DNA from: Mobula hypostoma
Lineage: Eukaryota
DNA length: 64,000 bases
Assembly (NCBI RefSeq): GCF_963921235.1
Contig: NC_086108.1
Coordinates: forward strand, 109,618,001 to 109,682,000
Direction: 5' to 3'
Part shown: one piece after another, positions 14,006-25,469 of the stretch
How positions within the stretch are numbered: position 1 is the stretch's first letter
How the letters are laid out: each line of letters begins with the position of its first letter
Position numbers and translations under genes: made by a program
Notes under the pieces: generated by a model
Seen by the model: only the letters and a program-made list of their open reading frames with translations
Told to the model about the DNA's origin: nothing
Database searches by the model: none

Positions 14006-14547
14006 CACACTGTGGACACTTTATTAGCTACACCTGTCCATTAATGCACATATGTAATTAGCCAATCTTGTGGCAGCAACTCAATGCATAAAAACATGCA
14101 GACGTGGTCAAAAGGTTCAGTTGTTGTTCAGACTAAGCATCAGAATTGGGAAGAATTGTGATCTAGGTATCTTTGACCATAGAATGATGGGGTGGTTTGA
14201 GTATCTCAGAAACTGCTGATCGCCTGGGATTTTCACAAACAGTGTGTAGAATTCACAGAGAATGGTGCAAAAGCAAAAAAAAAAATCCGGTGAGAGTGAG
14301 TGGCGTTTCTGCAGGTGAAAATACCTTGTTAGTGAGAGAGGTCGGAGGAGAATGGCCAGACTGGTTCAAGCTGACAGGAAGGCAACAGTAACTCAAATAA
14401 CCAGGCATTACAACAGTGGTGTGTAGAAGAGCATCTCTGAATGCACAACACAAAGTGGATGGGCTGCAGTAGCAGAAGACCTTGGGCATACACTGAGTGG
14501 CCACTCTATTAGGCGCAAGAAGTAATTAATAAAATGGCCACTGAACG
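14006..14547 (+). mobile_element. Internally deleted Tc1-like DNA transposon
   Basis: TA plus terminal inverted repeat (TIR) cacactgtggacactttattag ... taataaaatggccactga; HTH remnant SISETADRLGFS; homologous to 60660-61197. Confidence 0.8.
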
Positions 14548-14961
14548 TGTGTGATGATAATAATAAATACAACAATAAAACAGTGCGGTCCATTCAATAG
14601 TCTTATAGCAGTGGAACTGATGGTAGGGAAAGAGAAGTACGAATTACAAAGTACAACGTAAATTTATTATCAAAGTACATATATGTCACCATATACAACC
14701 CTGAGATTCAATTTTTGTGGGCATACACAGTAAATACAATACCCATAATAGAATCATTGATGGACGCCTAACAGGACGGACAAACGACCAACGTTAAAAA
14801 GACATCAAACTGTCCAAATACAAAATAAATTAATAATAATAAATAAATAAACAATAAATATTGAGAACATGAGATGAAGAATCCTTGAAACTGAGTCCAT
14901 AGGTTGTGGGAACATTTCAATGATGTGGCAAGTGAAATTGAGTGAACACACAATGTGAACA

Positions 14962-15886
14962 TAATGTGGTAAATTGGATCAGCAAATTTGCTGATGATAC
15001 AAAGATTGAAGGTGTAATGGACAGTGAGGAAGGTTTTCAAAGCTTGCAGAGGGATTTGGACCAGCTGGAAAAATGGGCTGAAAAATAGCAGATGGAGTTT
15101 AATACAGACAAGTGTGAGGTCTTGCACTTTGGAAGGACAAACCAAGGTAGAACATACAGGGTAAATGGTAAGGCACTGAGGAGTGCAGTAGAACAGAGGG
15201 ATCTGGGAATACAGATACAAAATTCCCTAAAAGTGGTGTCACAGGTAGATAGGGTCGTAAAGAGAGCTTTTGGTACATTGGCCTTTGTTAATCAAAGTAT
15301 TGAGTATAAGAGCTGGAATGTTATGATGAGGTTGTATAAGGCATTGGTGAGGCTGAATCTGGGGTATTGTGTTCAGTTTATTAATAAGGTTGAAAGAGTG
15401 CAGAGAAGGTTTACAAGGATGTTGCCAGGACTTGAGAAACTCAGTTACAGAGAAAGGTTGAATAGGTTAGGACTTTATTCCCTGGAGCGTAGAAGAATGA
15501 GGGGAGATTTGATAGAGGTATATAAAATTATGATGGGTATGGATAGAGTGAATGCAAGCAGGCTTTTTCCACTGAGACAAGGGGAGAAAAAAACCGGAGG
15601 ACATGAGTTAAGGGTGAGGGGGGAAAAATTTAAAGGGAACACTGGGGGGGCTTCTTCACACAGACAGTGGTGGGAGTATGGAATGAGCTGCCAGACGAGG
15701 TGGTAAATGCGGGTTCTTTTTTAACATTTAAGAATAAATTGGACAGATACATGGATGGGAGGTGTATGGAGGGATATGGTCCGTGTGCAGGTCAGTGGGA
15801 CTAGGCAGAAAATGGTTCGGCACAGCCAAGAAGGGCCAAAAGGCCTGTTTCTGTGCTGTAGTTTTTCTATGGTTTCTATGGTCTCT
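14962..15886 (+). mobile_element. CR1 subfamily A 3' fragment
   Basis: Nearly identical to the reverse complement of about 936-1885. Confidence 0.95.
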
Positions 15887-15954
15887 ATCACAGATAAGCA
15901 GCATTCACAAGAAACATCAACTGTCCATTACCTGAAGCTCACAGTGTAAAGCAT

Positions 15955-16995
15955 ACATAATCAATAAATATCATGAACATGAAATTAAGATTCCTTGAAA
16001 TTGAGACCATAGGTTGTGGAAACAGTTCAGTGATAGAGTGAGTCAAGTTATTCCCTCTGGTTCAAGAGTCTGATGGTTAAGAGGTAATAGCTGTTCCCAA
16101 ACCTGGTGGTCTGGGTCTTAAGGCTTTTCCTGATGGCAGCGGCGAGAAGAGGACATGGAGTTGGTGGCGGGGGTCCTTGATGATGGATGCTGCTTTCCTG
16201 CTACAGTATTACATGTAGATGTGCTCAATGGTGGGGAGGGCTTTGCTCCTCATGTACTGGGCCATATCCACTTTTTCTTTTTTTTAAGATTGATATTTCC
16301 ACACCAGTCCATGATGCCAGCAGTCAAAATAATATCCACCAAACATCTATAGAAGTTTGTCAAAGTTTTAGGTGTCATGCTGAATCTTTGCTAACCCCTA
16401 AGAAAGTAGAGGTGCGGATGTACTTTCTTTGTAGTGGCACTTAATTGCTGGGCTCATGACAGATGCTCTGAAATGATAACACCGAGGAATTTAAAGTTGC
16501 TGACCCTCTCCACCTCCAATAGCTCGATGAGGACTGGCTCATGGACCTCCGGTTTTCTCCTCCTGAAGCCAGTAAGCAGCTCCTTGATCTTGCTACCACT
16601 GAGTAAGAGGTTGTTGCTGTGTCACTCTTCAGCCAGATTTTCAATCTCCCTCCTATATGCTGATTCTTCACCATCTTTGGTTTGGCCAACGACAGCAAAC
16701 TTAAATATGGCATTGGAGATGTGCTTAGCCACACAGTCAGAATTGTAAAGTAACTAGATCAGGGGACTAAGCACCTTGTGTTGTGGTGCATCTGTACCGA
16801 TGGAGATGTTGTTGCCAATCCGAACTGACTGGAGTCTGCAAGTGAGGAAATCGAGGATCCAACTGCACAAGGAAGTATTGAGGCCAAGGTCTTGAAGCTT
16901 ATTAATTAGTTTTGAGGAAATGATAGTATTGAATGCCAAGCTGTAGTTGATAAAGAAAATGTTTGCTGTCCAGATGTTCCAGGGTTGAGTGAAGA
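15955..16995 (-). mobile_element. Rex1/Babar RT fragment and 3' UTR
   Basis: [42 protein letters not shown]. Confidence 0.8.
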
Positions 16996-17004
16996 GTGAA
17001 TGTC

Positions 17005-17420
17005 ATAAGAACATAAGAAATAGGTGCAGGAGTAGGCCATCTGGCCTGTCGAGCCTGCCCCGCCATTCAATAAGATCATGGCTGATCTGACCATGCACTC
17101 ACCTCCACCTACCTGCCTTTTCCCCATAAATCTTAATTCCCCTACTATGCAAAAATCTACCCAGCCTTGTCTTAAATATATTTACTGAGGTAGCCTCTAC
17201 TGCTTCATTGGGCAGAGAATTCCACAGATTCACCACTCTCTGGGAAAAGCAGTTCTTCCTCATTTCCGTCCTAATTCTACTCCCTCAAATCTTGAGGCTA
17301 TGTCCCCTAGTTCTAGTCTCATCCACCAGTGGAAACAACTTTGCTGCCTCTATCTTGTCTATCCCTTTCATAATTTTATATGCTTCTATAAGATCTCCTC
17401 TCATTCTTCTGAATTCCAGA
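17005..17420 (-). mobile_element. CR1 3' end fragment
   Basis: cataagaacataagaaataggtgcaggagtaggccat tail; ..ERRSYRSI RT end. Confidence 0.85.
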
Positions 17421-18359
17421 TAGGGTGCTGATTATGCTAGTTGCTTTACTGAGGCTCTGAGAAATGTAGACAAAGTCCGTGGAGCGGAAGCTGGTTCCTG
17501 TGACGTGCTGAATTGTGTCCACGACTCCTGCATCCTTTCTTCCCCAGTTCATCACCACCCCACCCAATTCCTGAATAACACTCTCCACTCCCCTCACCTC
17601 CCTTGAGAGCTTTTGTTCTACCTCTGGAGATTCTTCTGGGCTCTCCCACCAGCCTGACACCAATGACGCCAGGGGTCATAGCCTGTTGTTCTCTGGGTCA
17701 AGTTTGCCGATGAATACTTCTTTCTGTGCTCTGTAAATGGAAAGACAGTGCTCCCTTTCTCGCTAGTCTCCTGGTAGATTTTATCTCCTGCCCCTAGGGA
17801 GCTTCTCAGTCATCCCCTGCCCAGATAGCTTTCCTTCATCCTTCATGACTTCCTTAATGAAGAAGCCCATTTCCTCGGGAAGGAACGTTTGCCTCGGAGC
17901 CACCCGGCAAAACCCATCAGTCATTTTTTGCTTATTCCTACCCGGGCATGGTTCCAATTATTTTTAAAACAGGTGGGTAAGATTCATTAGCAAATATTAA
18001 CATGCAGACTTCCTTCAAGGCAATATTTCTTTACTGGAAACCTTTCTGCAAGTTTAATGAAAAATGGACAAAAAGTAATAATATCCCAAACTGATATGAT
18101 CAGCCAGCTCTGAACCAAACTTTTTCAAAGTTCAAAATAAACTTATTATCGAAGTCCATATATATCACCATATACAACACTTTCTTGCTGGCATTCAAGT
18201 CAAGAGGACCATCACTGTATGGCCAATCTGTAGACTTCAGGACTGTTTTGAATGGACTAACTGGCCATTCAACTGTTCGAGGAGGACAACTCAAGCAGAG
18301 AAGATAAAGACCTAGAGGTAAGTGTGCAGATGACATTGATATCTCAAGAATGGTCATCC

Positions 18360-19360
18360 CTCATCTTGGGCATCAGGAGGGCAAAGGCCACTTACGCACA
18401 GGAAGATTCAGGAACACCTGTCTGATAATGAACCCTGGTGTACAAGGCTAGGCAGCAAAAACATTACAGACTCTGTAAGGAATAACGGCACCAACTGTAC
18501 CAGCGACGCCTCCCTCCCGATGTTTCTAGTAACTTTTACATGCACGTTGAGATATGCAACGCGACGCCAGCCATGAAAGCAGGTGAGCAGCCACTGTCTG
18601 TATCAGCAGCAGACTGGAGAAGGAGACGGCAGAGAGTTAATCCCTGTAGGCGGCCAAGCCAGGCAACACTGAGCACCCTAAAGAATGGGCACAGCAGCTC
18701 TCTGATGTCCTCAAGGACATCTTCAATGCTTCATTCATCCAGGCTGCTGTCCCCACATGCTTCAAATCAGCCACCATCATCCCTGTACCAAAGAACCTTG
18801 CACCTTCAGAGCTAAACAACTACCCCCCGTGGCACTGACACCAATCATCATGAAGTGCTTTGAACGACTAGCAATGAGACATGCACAATCAGGAAAATGC
18901 ACCAACACTCCTAGCTTCTGAGGAGGCTGAAGCGAGCTGGACTTTGCACATCAATACACACATCCTTCTACAGATGCCCAGTAGAGAGCATCCTAACAGG
19001 CTACATCACTGCATGGTATGGAAACTGCACTACAGTATACAGGAAGGCTCTACAATAGGTAGTCAAAACTGCCCAAACCATCACAAGTATCAGCATACCT
19101 GTCATCAAGGACGTACAGAAAGGTGCCAGAAGAAGGGCCAGTAACATCACGAAAGATCCCACCCATTCTACTCATGGTCTGTTTGTCCCACTCCCATACA
19201 TAGCACCCACACCAGGACCACCGACCTCAAAGACAGTTACTTTCCTCAAGCAGTAAGGCTGATCATCACCTCCACCCATTAACACACCCCTCCACATCCC
19301 CAACCTCCACTGCTTTATCATCTTCTGTCAGTCACCTTATGGACAGACACTCCTGTGTGT
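18360..19360 (+). mobile_element. Rex1/Babar fragment with internal deletion
   Basis: VPTCFKSATIIPVPK..LNNY.PVALTPIIMKCFERL readable at about 18745-18870. Confidence 0.8.
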
Positions 19361-19367
19361 AGGATCA

Positions 19368-20615
19368 GGAATCTGTTGGAATTTTTTGAAGAAACAACAA
19401 TCGGGATAGACAAAGGAGAATCGGTTGATGATGGGTACTTGGATTTTCAGAAGGCCTTTGACAAACTGCCGCACATGAGGCTGTTTAACAAGTTACAAGC
19501 CTAAGGGTATTACACAAAAGATTCTAGCATGGATAAAGCAGTGGATGATTGGCTGGAGGCAAAGAGTGGGAATAACGGGAGCCTTTCTGACTGGCTGCTG
19601 GTGTTCCACAGGGGTCTGTGTTAGAACCGATTCTTCTCACGTTATATGACTTGAATGACAGAATTGATGACTTTGTTGCAAAGTTTGCAGACAATACAAA
19701 GATAGGTGGAAATGCAGGTAGTTTTGAGGAAGCAGAGAGACTACAGAAGTATTCAGACAGTTTGGGAGAAAGGGCAAAGAAGTGGCAGATGGAATACAGT
19801 GTCGGGAAATGTCTGGTCATGCGCTCTGGTAGAAAAAATGAAAGGGTTGACTACTTTCTAAATGGAGAGAAAATACAAAAAACTGAGGTGCAAAGGGACT
19901 TTTGGAGTCCTTGTGCAGGATTCCCTAAAGGTTCACTTGCAGGTTGAGTCTCTGATTAGGAAGGCAAATGCAGTTCGCATTCATTTCAAGAGGACTAGAA
20001 TATAAAAGCAAAGATGTAATGTTGAAACTTCACAAAGCTCTGGTGAAGTGTCACTTGGAGTGTTGTGAGCAGTTTTTGGCCCCTTATCTTAGAAAGGATG
20101 TGCTGACTTAGGAGAGGGTTTAAAGGAGGTTCACAAAAATGATTCCAGGATTGAAATATGAAAAGAATTTGATGGCTCTGGTCCTGTATTCACTGGAATT
20201 CAGAAGAATGAGGAGTAACCTCGTTGAAACAAAATCAAATGGTGAAAGACCTTGATTGAGTGGATGTGGAGAGGAGGTTTCCTATGGGTGGGAAAATCTA
20301 CCAGAGGACACAGCCTCAGAATAGAGCGCTGTCCTTTTAGTACAGAGATGTGGAGGAATTTCTTTAGCCAGAGAGTGCTGAATCTGAGAAATCCATTGCC
20401 ACAGTCTTTAAGTATATTTAAGGCAGAGATTGATAGATTGTTGATTAGTCGCAGCATGAAGGGATACAGAGGGTGTGGTGGGGCGGGGGGGAAACGCAGG
20501 AGGTAGAGGATGAGAGGTAAAATGAATCAAATGGATCAGCCATGATGAAATGGCAGAGAAAACTCGATGGGCCAAATGGCCTAATTTTGCTCCCATATCT
20601 TAAGGTCTTATGGTT
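19368..20615 (+). mobile_element. Old CR1 RT 3' fragment
   Basis: DFQKAFDK, FADNTKIGG and RNFFSQRVLNL motifs. Confidence 0.9.
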
Positions 20616-22051
20616 TTATTTTATTATGTTCATTATCTTACTGTGTTGCCTTGGATCCAGAGTAACAATTATTTTGTTTTCCTTTACACTTCTGTACTGG
20701 AAATGACATTAAACAATCTTGAATCTTGAAACACAGGAGAATCAATCAAGCACACATGAAAGATGGACGAACAACACATGCAAAAACAACAAATTGTGCA
20801 AATGCAAAATATAAAGAAAATAATAGTAATAATAAGTAAGTAATAAATATTGATAACCTGAGCTGTCAATTCCTTGAAAGCAAGTCAAAGGTTGTGGGAT
20901 CAGTTCAGTGTTGGGGTGAGTGAGGTTCCTGAACCTGGTGGTGTGGGTCCTGAGGCTCCTATACCTCCTTCCTGATGGCAGCAGTGAGAAGAGAGCTTGA
21001 CCTGGGTGGTGGGGGTCCCTGATGATGGATGCTGCTTTCCTGTGACAGTGCTTTCCAATGGTGTTTGCCTGTCTGCAGTGCCCGTGGGTGAGAAGGACAG
21101 TGATTCTCATTCTCAGACCAGTTATGGGACAGCCGTGAATTCAGGATTGAAGATTCAGGTTTAGTTCTCATGTGTAAATTGAAACATGCAGTGAAATGCG
21201 TTGCTGGTGTTAACCACCAACACAGCTGAGGTTGATCTGGGGGCAGCCCACAGGTGTTGCCACACATTCCAGTGCCAACATAGCATGTCCATGATGCTTG
21301 GCAGAACAACACAGAGCACTACACGTGCAGATTACCCACCCTCCTCTGTGCACACATGGCACCTTGGTAGAGAGAGTTAAGTGCACAAGGACCTGGGAGT
21401 TCATGTCACGGACAGTCTCACCTGGTCCTTTAATAACATCTCCCTGAATAAGAAGGCGCAGCAGTGCCTCCACTGCCTGAGAGGATTGGGGCAAGCGCGG
21501 CCACCCCATCCCACCCCACCTTAACGGAATTTTAACAGGAGCACCATTGAGAATGCACTGACAAGCTGCATCTCTATCTGAGGTGCAAAAAGGACTTGGG
21601 GGTCATTGTGCAGGTTTCCCTGATGGTTGGTTTGCAAGTTGAGTCAGTGGTGAGGAAAGCAAATGTGGTGTTAGCATTCATTTCAAGAAGACTAGAATAT
21701 AAATCAAGGATATAATGTTGAGGCTTTATAAAGCACTGGGGAGACCTCACTTGAAGTATTGTGAGCAGTTCTGGTCTCCTTATCTAAAAAACAATGTGCT
21801 GACATAGGAGAGGGTTCAAAGGAGGTTCATGAAAATGATTCCAGGATTCAAAGGCTTATCATGTGAGAAACATTTGATGGCTCTGGGCCTGTAGTCACTA
21901 GAATTCAGAAGAATGAGGGGTGGCCTCATTGAAAACTATAAAATGTTGAAAGGCAAACATGAAGAAATCTGCAGATGCTGGAAATTCAAGCAACACACAC
22001 TAAAATGCTGGTGAACGCAGCAGGCCAGGCAGCATCTCTAGGAAGAGGTAC

Positions 22052-22087
22052 AGTCGACGTTTCGGGCCGAGACCCTTCGTCAGGACT
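22052..22087 (-). ncRNA. Minimal type I hammerhead ribozyme (best copy)
   Basis: Minus strand reads AGUC-CUGACGA-A-GGGU(CUCG)GCCC-GAAA-C-GUC^GACU. Confidence 0.85.
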
Positions 22088-23133
22088 AACTGAAGGAAGA
22101 GCTAGTAAGAGATTTGCAAGTGGGAGGGGGAAGGGGAGATCCAAAATGATAGGAGAAGACAGGACGGGGAGGGATGGAGCCAAGAGCTGGACAGGTGATA
22201 GGCAAAAGGGATATGAGAGGATCATGGGACAGGAGGTCCAGGGAGAAAGAAAAGGGGGAGGGGGGGAAAAATCCAGAGGATGGGCAAGGGATACAGTCAG
22301 AGGGACAGAGGGAGAAAAAGGAGAGTGAGAGAAAGAATGTGTGTATAAAAATAAATAACAGATGGGGTACGAGGGGGAGGTGGGGCATTAACGGAAGTTA
22401 GAGAAGTCAATGTTCATGCCATCAGGTTGGAGGCTACCCAGACAGAATATAAGGTGTTGTTCCTCCAACCTGAGTGTGGCTTCATCTTTACAGTAGAGGA
22501 GGCCGTGGATAGACATGTCAGAATGGGAATGGGTTGTGGAATTAAAATGTGTAGCCACTGGGAGATCCTGCTTTCTCTGGTGGACAGAGCACAGGTGTTC
22601 AGCGAAATGGTCTCCCAGTCTGCGTCGGGTCTCGCCAATGTATAGAAGGCCACATCGGGAGCACCAGACGCAGAGTATCACCCCAGCCGACTCACAGGTG
22701 AAGTGTCACCTCACCTGGAAGGACTGTCTGGGGCCCTGAATGGTGGTGAGGGAGGAAGTGTAAGGGCATGTGTAGCATTTGTTCCACTCACAAGGATAAG
22801 TGCCGGGAGGGAGTTCGATGGGAAGGGGTGGGGGGGAATGAATAGACAAGGGAGTCACGTAGGGAGCGATCCCTGCGGAAAGCAGAGGGTGGGGGAGGGA
22901 AAGATGTGCTTAGTGGTGGGATCCCGTTGGAGGTGGCAGAAGTTATGGAGAATTATATGTTGGACCCGGAGGCTGGTGAGGTGGTAGGTGAGGACAAGGG
23001 GAACCCTATTCCTAGTGGGGTGGCGGTAGGATGGGGTGAGAGCAGATGTGCGTGAAATGGGAGAGATGCATTTGAGAACAGAGTTGATGGTGGAGGAAGG
23101 GAAGCCCCTTTCTTTAAAAAAGGAGGACATCTC

Positions 23134-23653
23134 ATAGAAGATAGAACATAGAATAGTACAGCACATTACAGGCCCTTCAGCCCACAATGTTGTGCCGACC
23201 CTCAAACCCTGTCTCCCATATAACCCCCCCAACCTTAAATTCCTCCATATACCTGTCTAGTAGTCTCTTAAACTTCACGAGTGTATCTGCCTCCACCACT
23301 GACTCAGGCAGTGCATTCCACGCACCAACCACTCTCTGAGTAAAAAACCTTCCCCTAATATCCCCCTTGAACTTCCCACCCCTTCCCTTAAAGCCATGTC
23401 CTCTTGTATTGAGCAGTGGCGCCCTGGGGAAGAGGCGCTGGCTATCCACTCTATCTATTCCTCTTATCATCTTGCACACCTCTATCATGTCTCCTCTCAT
23501 CCTCCTTCTCTCCAAAGAGTAAAGCCCTAGCTCCCTTAATCTCTGATCATAATGCATACTCTCTAAACCAGGCAGCATCCTGGTAAATCTTCTCTGTACC
23601 CTTTCCAATTCTTCCACATCCTTCCTATAGTGAGGCGACCAGAACTGGACACG
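23134..23653 (-). mobile_element. CR1 subfamily B 3' fragment
   Basis: RT C-terminus plus ATAGA tail; TSD ATCTC at 23129-23133 and 23654-23658. Confidence 0.95.
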
Positions 23654-23984
23654 ATCTCCTTCGTCCTGGAATGAAAAGCCTCATCCTGAGAGCAGATGCG
23701 GCGGAGAAAGGTCTTGATCGAGTGGAGGTGGAGAAGATGTTTCCTATGCTGAGGGAGTCTAAAACCAGAGGACACAGCCTCAGAATGGAGGGGCGTCGTT
23801 TTAGACTGGAGTTGAAGAGGAGTTTCTTTAGCCACAGAGTGGTGAATCTGAGGAATTTACTGCTACAGTTGGCAGTGGAGGGCAAGTTATTCGGTATATT
23901 TAAGGTAGAGGTTGATATATTCTTGATTAGTCAGGGCATGAAGAAGTATGGGGGGGTAGGCAAGAGATTAGGGCTGAAAGGGAA

Positions 23985-24492
23985 AATATAACCATATAAC
24001 AATTACAGCACGGAAACAGGCCATCTTGGCCCTTCTAGTCCATACCGAACGCTTACTCTGACCTAGTCCCATCTACCTGCACTCAGCCCATAACCCTCCA
24101 TTCCTTTCCTGTCCATATACCCATCCAATTTTTTTTTAAATGATAAAAATGAAGCTGCCTCTACCACTTCTACTGGAAGCTCGTTCCACACAGCTACCAC
24201 TCTCTGAGTAAAGAAGTTCCCCTTCGTGTTACCCCTAAACATTTGCCCTTTAACTCTCAACTCATGTCCTCTTGTTTGAATCTCCCCTATTCTCAATGGA
24301 AAAAGCCTATCCATGTCAACTCTATCTAGCCCCCTCATAATTTTAAATCCCTCTATCAAGTCCCCTCTCAATCTTCTACGCTCCAAAGAATAAAGACCTG
24401 ACTTGTTCAACCTTTCTCTGTAACTTAGGAGATGAAACCCAGGTAACATTCTATTAAACCTCCTCTGTACTCTCTCTATTTTGTTGACATCA
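23985..24492 (-). mobile_element. CR1 3' fragment
   Basis: ORF 24063-24548: IERVQRRF..RGDLIE..FFTQRVV. Confidence 0.9.
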
Positions 24493-25469
24493 ATCCTGGT
24501 ATAATATGTAAATTTCTGATCAAGATCATTTTCAATGCTTCCACCCATCTTTTATTCATTGTGCAGTTTTGTGTGTTATATCAAATAAATGCCAAACACG
24601 TGCAGTGTGCTGATGAATCATGTGCATTGGCCGTTTCCTGAAAATGGAATAGCCATGATGAAATAGTGGAGAAAATGGCCTAATTGTGGTCCGAAATCTG
24701 ATGGTCTTATGGTGTTATGTATGAGAGAGCCAAGCACCATACCAGAAGTCCCTACAAAGAACTGTGAGAATGGCCAAGAGGATCATAAAGGTCTCCGTCC
24801 GTCCATCGAGGATATTTATCAGGAGTGCTGCATATGCAATACCATTAGTATTACCAAGGATTCATCCGTCCATCCAGCATTCTCTTTGACTTTCTACGAT
24901 GGGGCAGGTGACTCTGGAGCATAAAGACAAGAATGGTCAGGATGGGAAACAATTTCTTCCCTCAGGTCATTAGGCGTCTGAACTCTGCCACATCACATTG
25001 AAAGTGTCACCAGATAATTCGTATTGTACCCTGCAATACTTAATTTATGCGCTTTACTTTCTTTATCTATGTGTAATTCATTTGTAGATTTGATTCTTAC
25101 TTTCCTAAGTTATTGTGTGTTATACAGTACGTGTGTAATGTGTACCACTGTGCTTTACACCCTGGTCCAAAGAAACGTTGTTTCGTTTGGCGGTGTACAT
25201 GTATATAGTTAAATGACAATAAACTTGACTTGAATTGACAACAAGCAACAAAACAACAACAACAAAACAAGCCCCGTTCCTCCCTCCTACCCAGGGACGT
25301 ACACGGTCCTCCAACTCCAGGACAGCCGGGCCGCCTTCAGTCTCCAGCCTCCAGCAAACTCAGACTTGCAGAAATTGTGCCTTCGTCTTCAGCCATTAGT
25401 CCTGTTTTGTTGGTAATGTCATCTTTTGGATAATATTGTCACAGCCAAGGGCACCTCTACTTCCGCAGG

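Larger units (their letters stand above)
21955..23705 (-). mobile_element. Penelope-like element (RT C-terminus, GIY-YIG endonuclease, pseudo-LTR), interrupted by a CR1
   Basis: LRRICSQDEAFHSRTKE | MSSFFKERGFP..RVPLVLTYH; CSRCGLLYIGETRRRLGDHFAEH..EEQHLIF..LQPDGMN. Confidence 0.92.
21577..23990 (+). mobile_element. Old CR1 fragment (about 21577-21954 and 23706-23990) hosting a PLE insertion
   Basis: KMLKG | LDRVEVEKMFP reads on across the insertion; gaaagg is duplicated at both junctions. Confidence 0.8.

Noticed and set aside
13988..14014. CACAGTG/CACTGTG heptamers as V(D)J recombination signals
   Set aside because: No nonamer at 12 or 23 spacing, no Ig/TCR segments, and the second heptamer lies in a Tc1 TIR.
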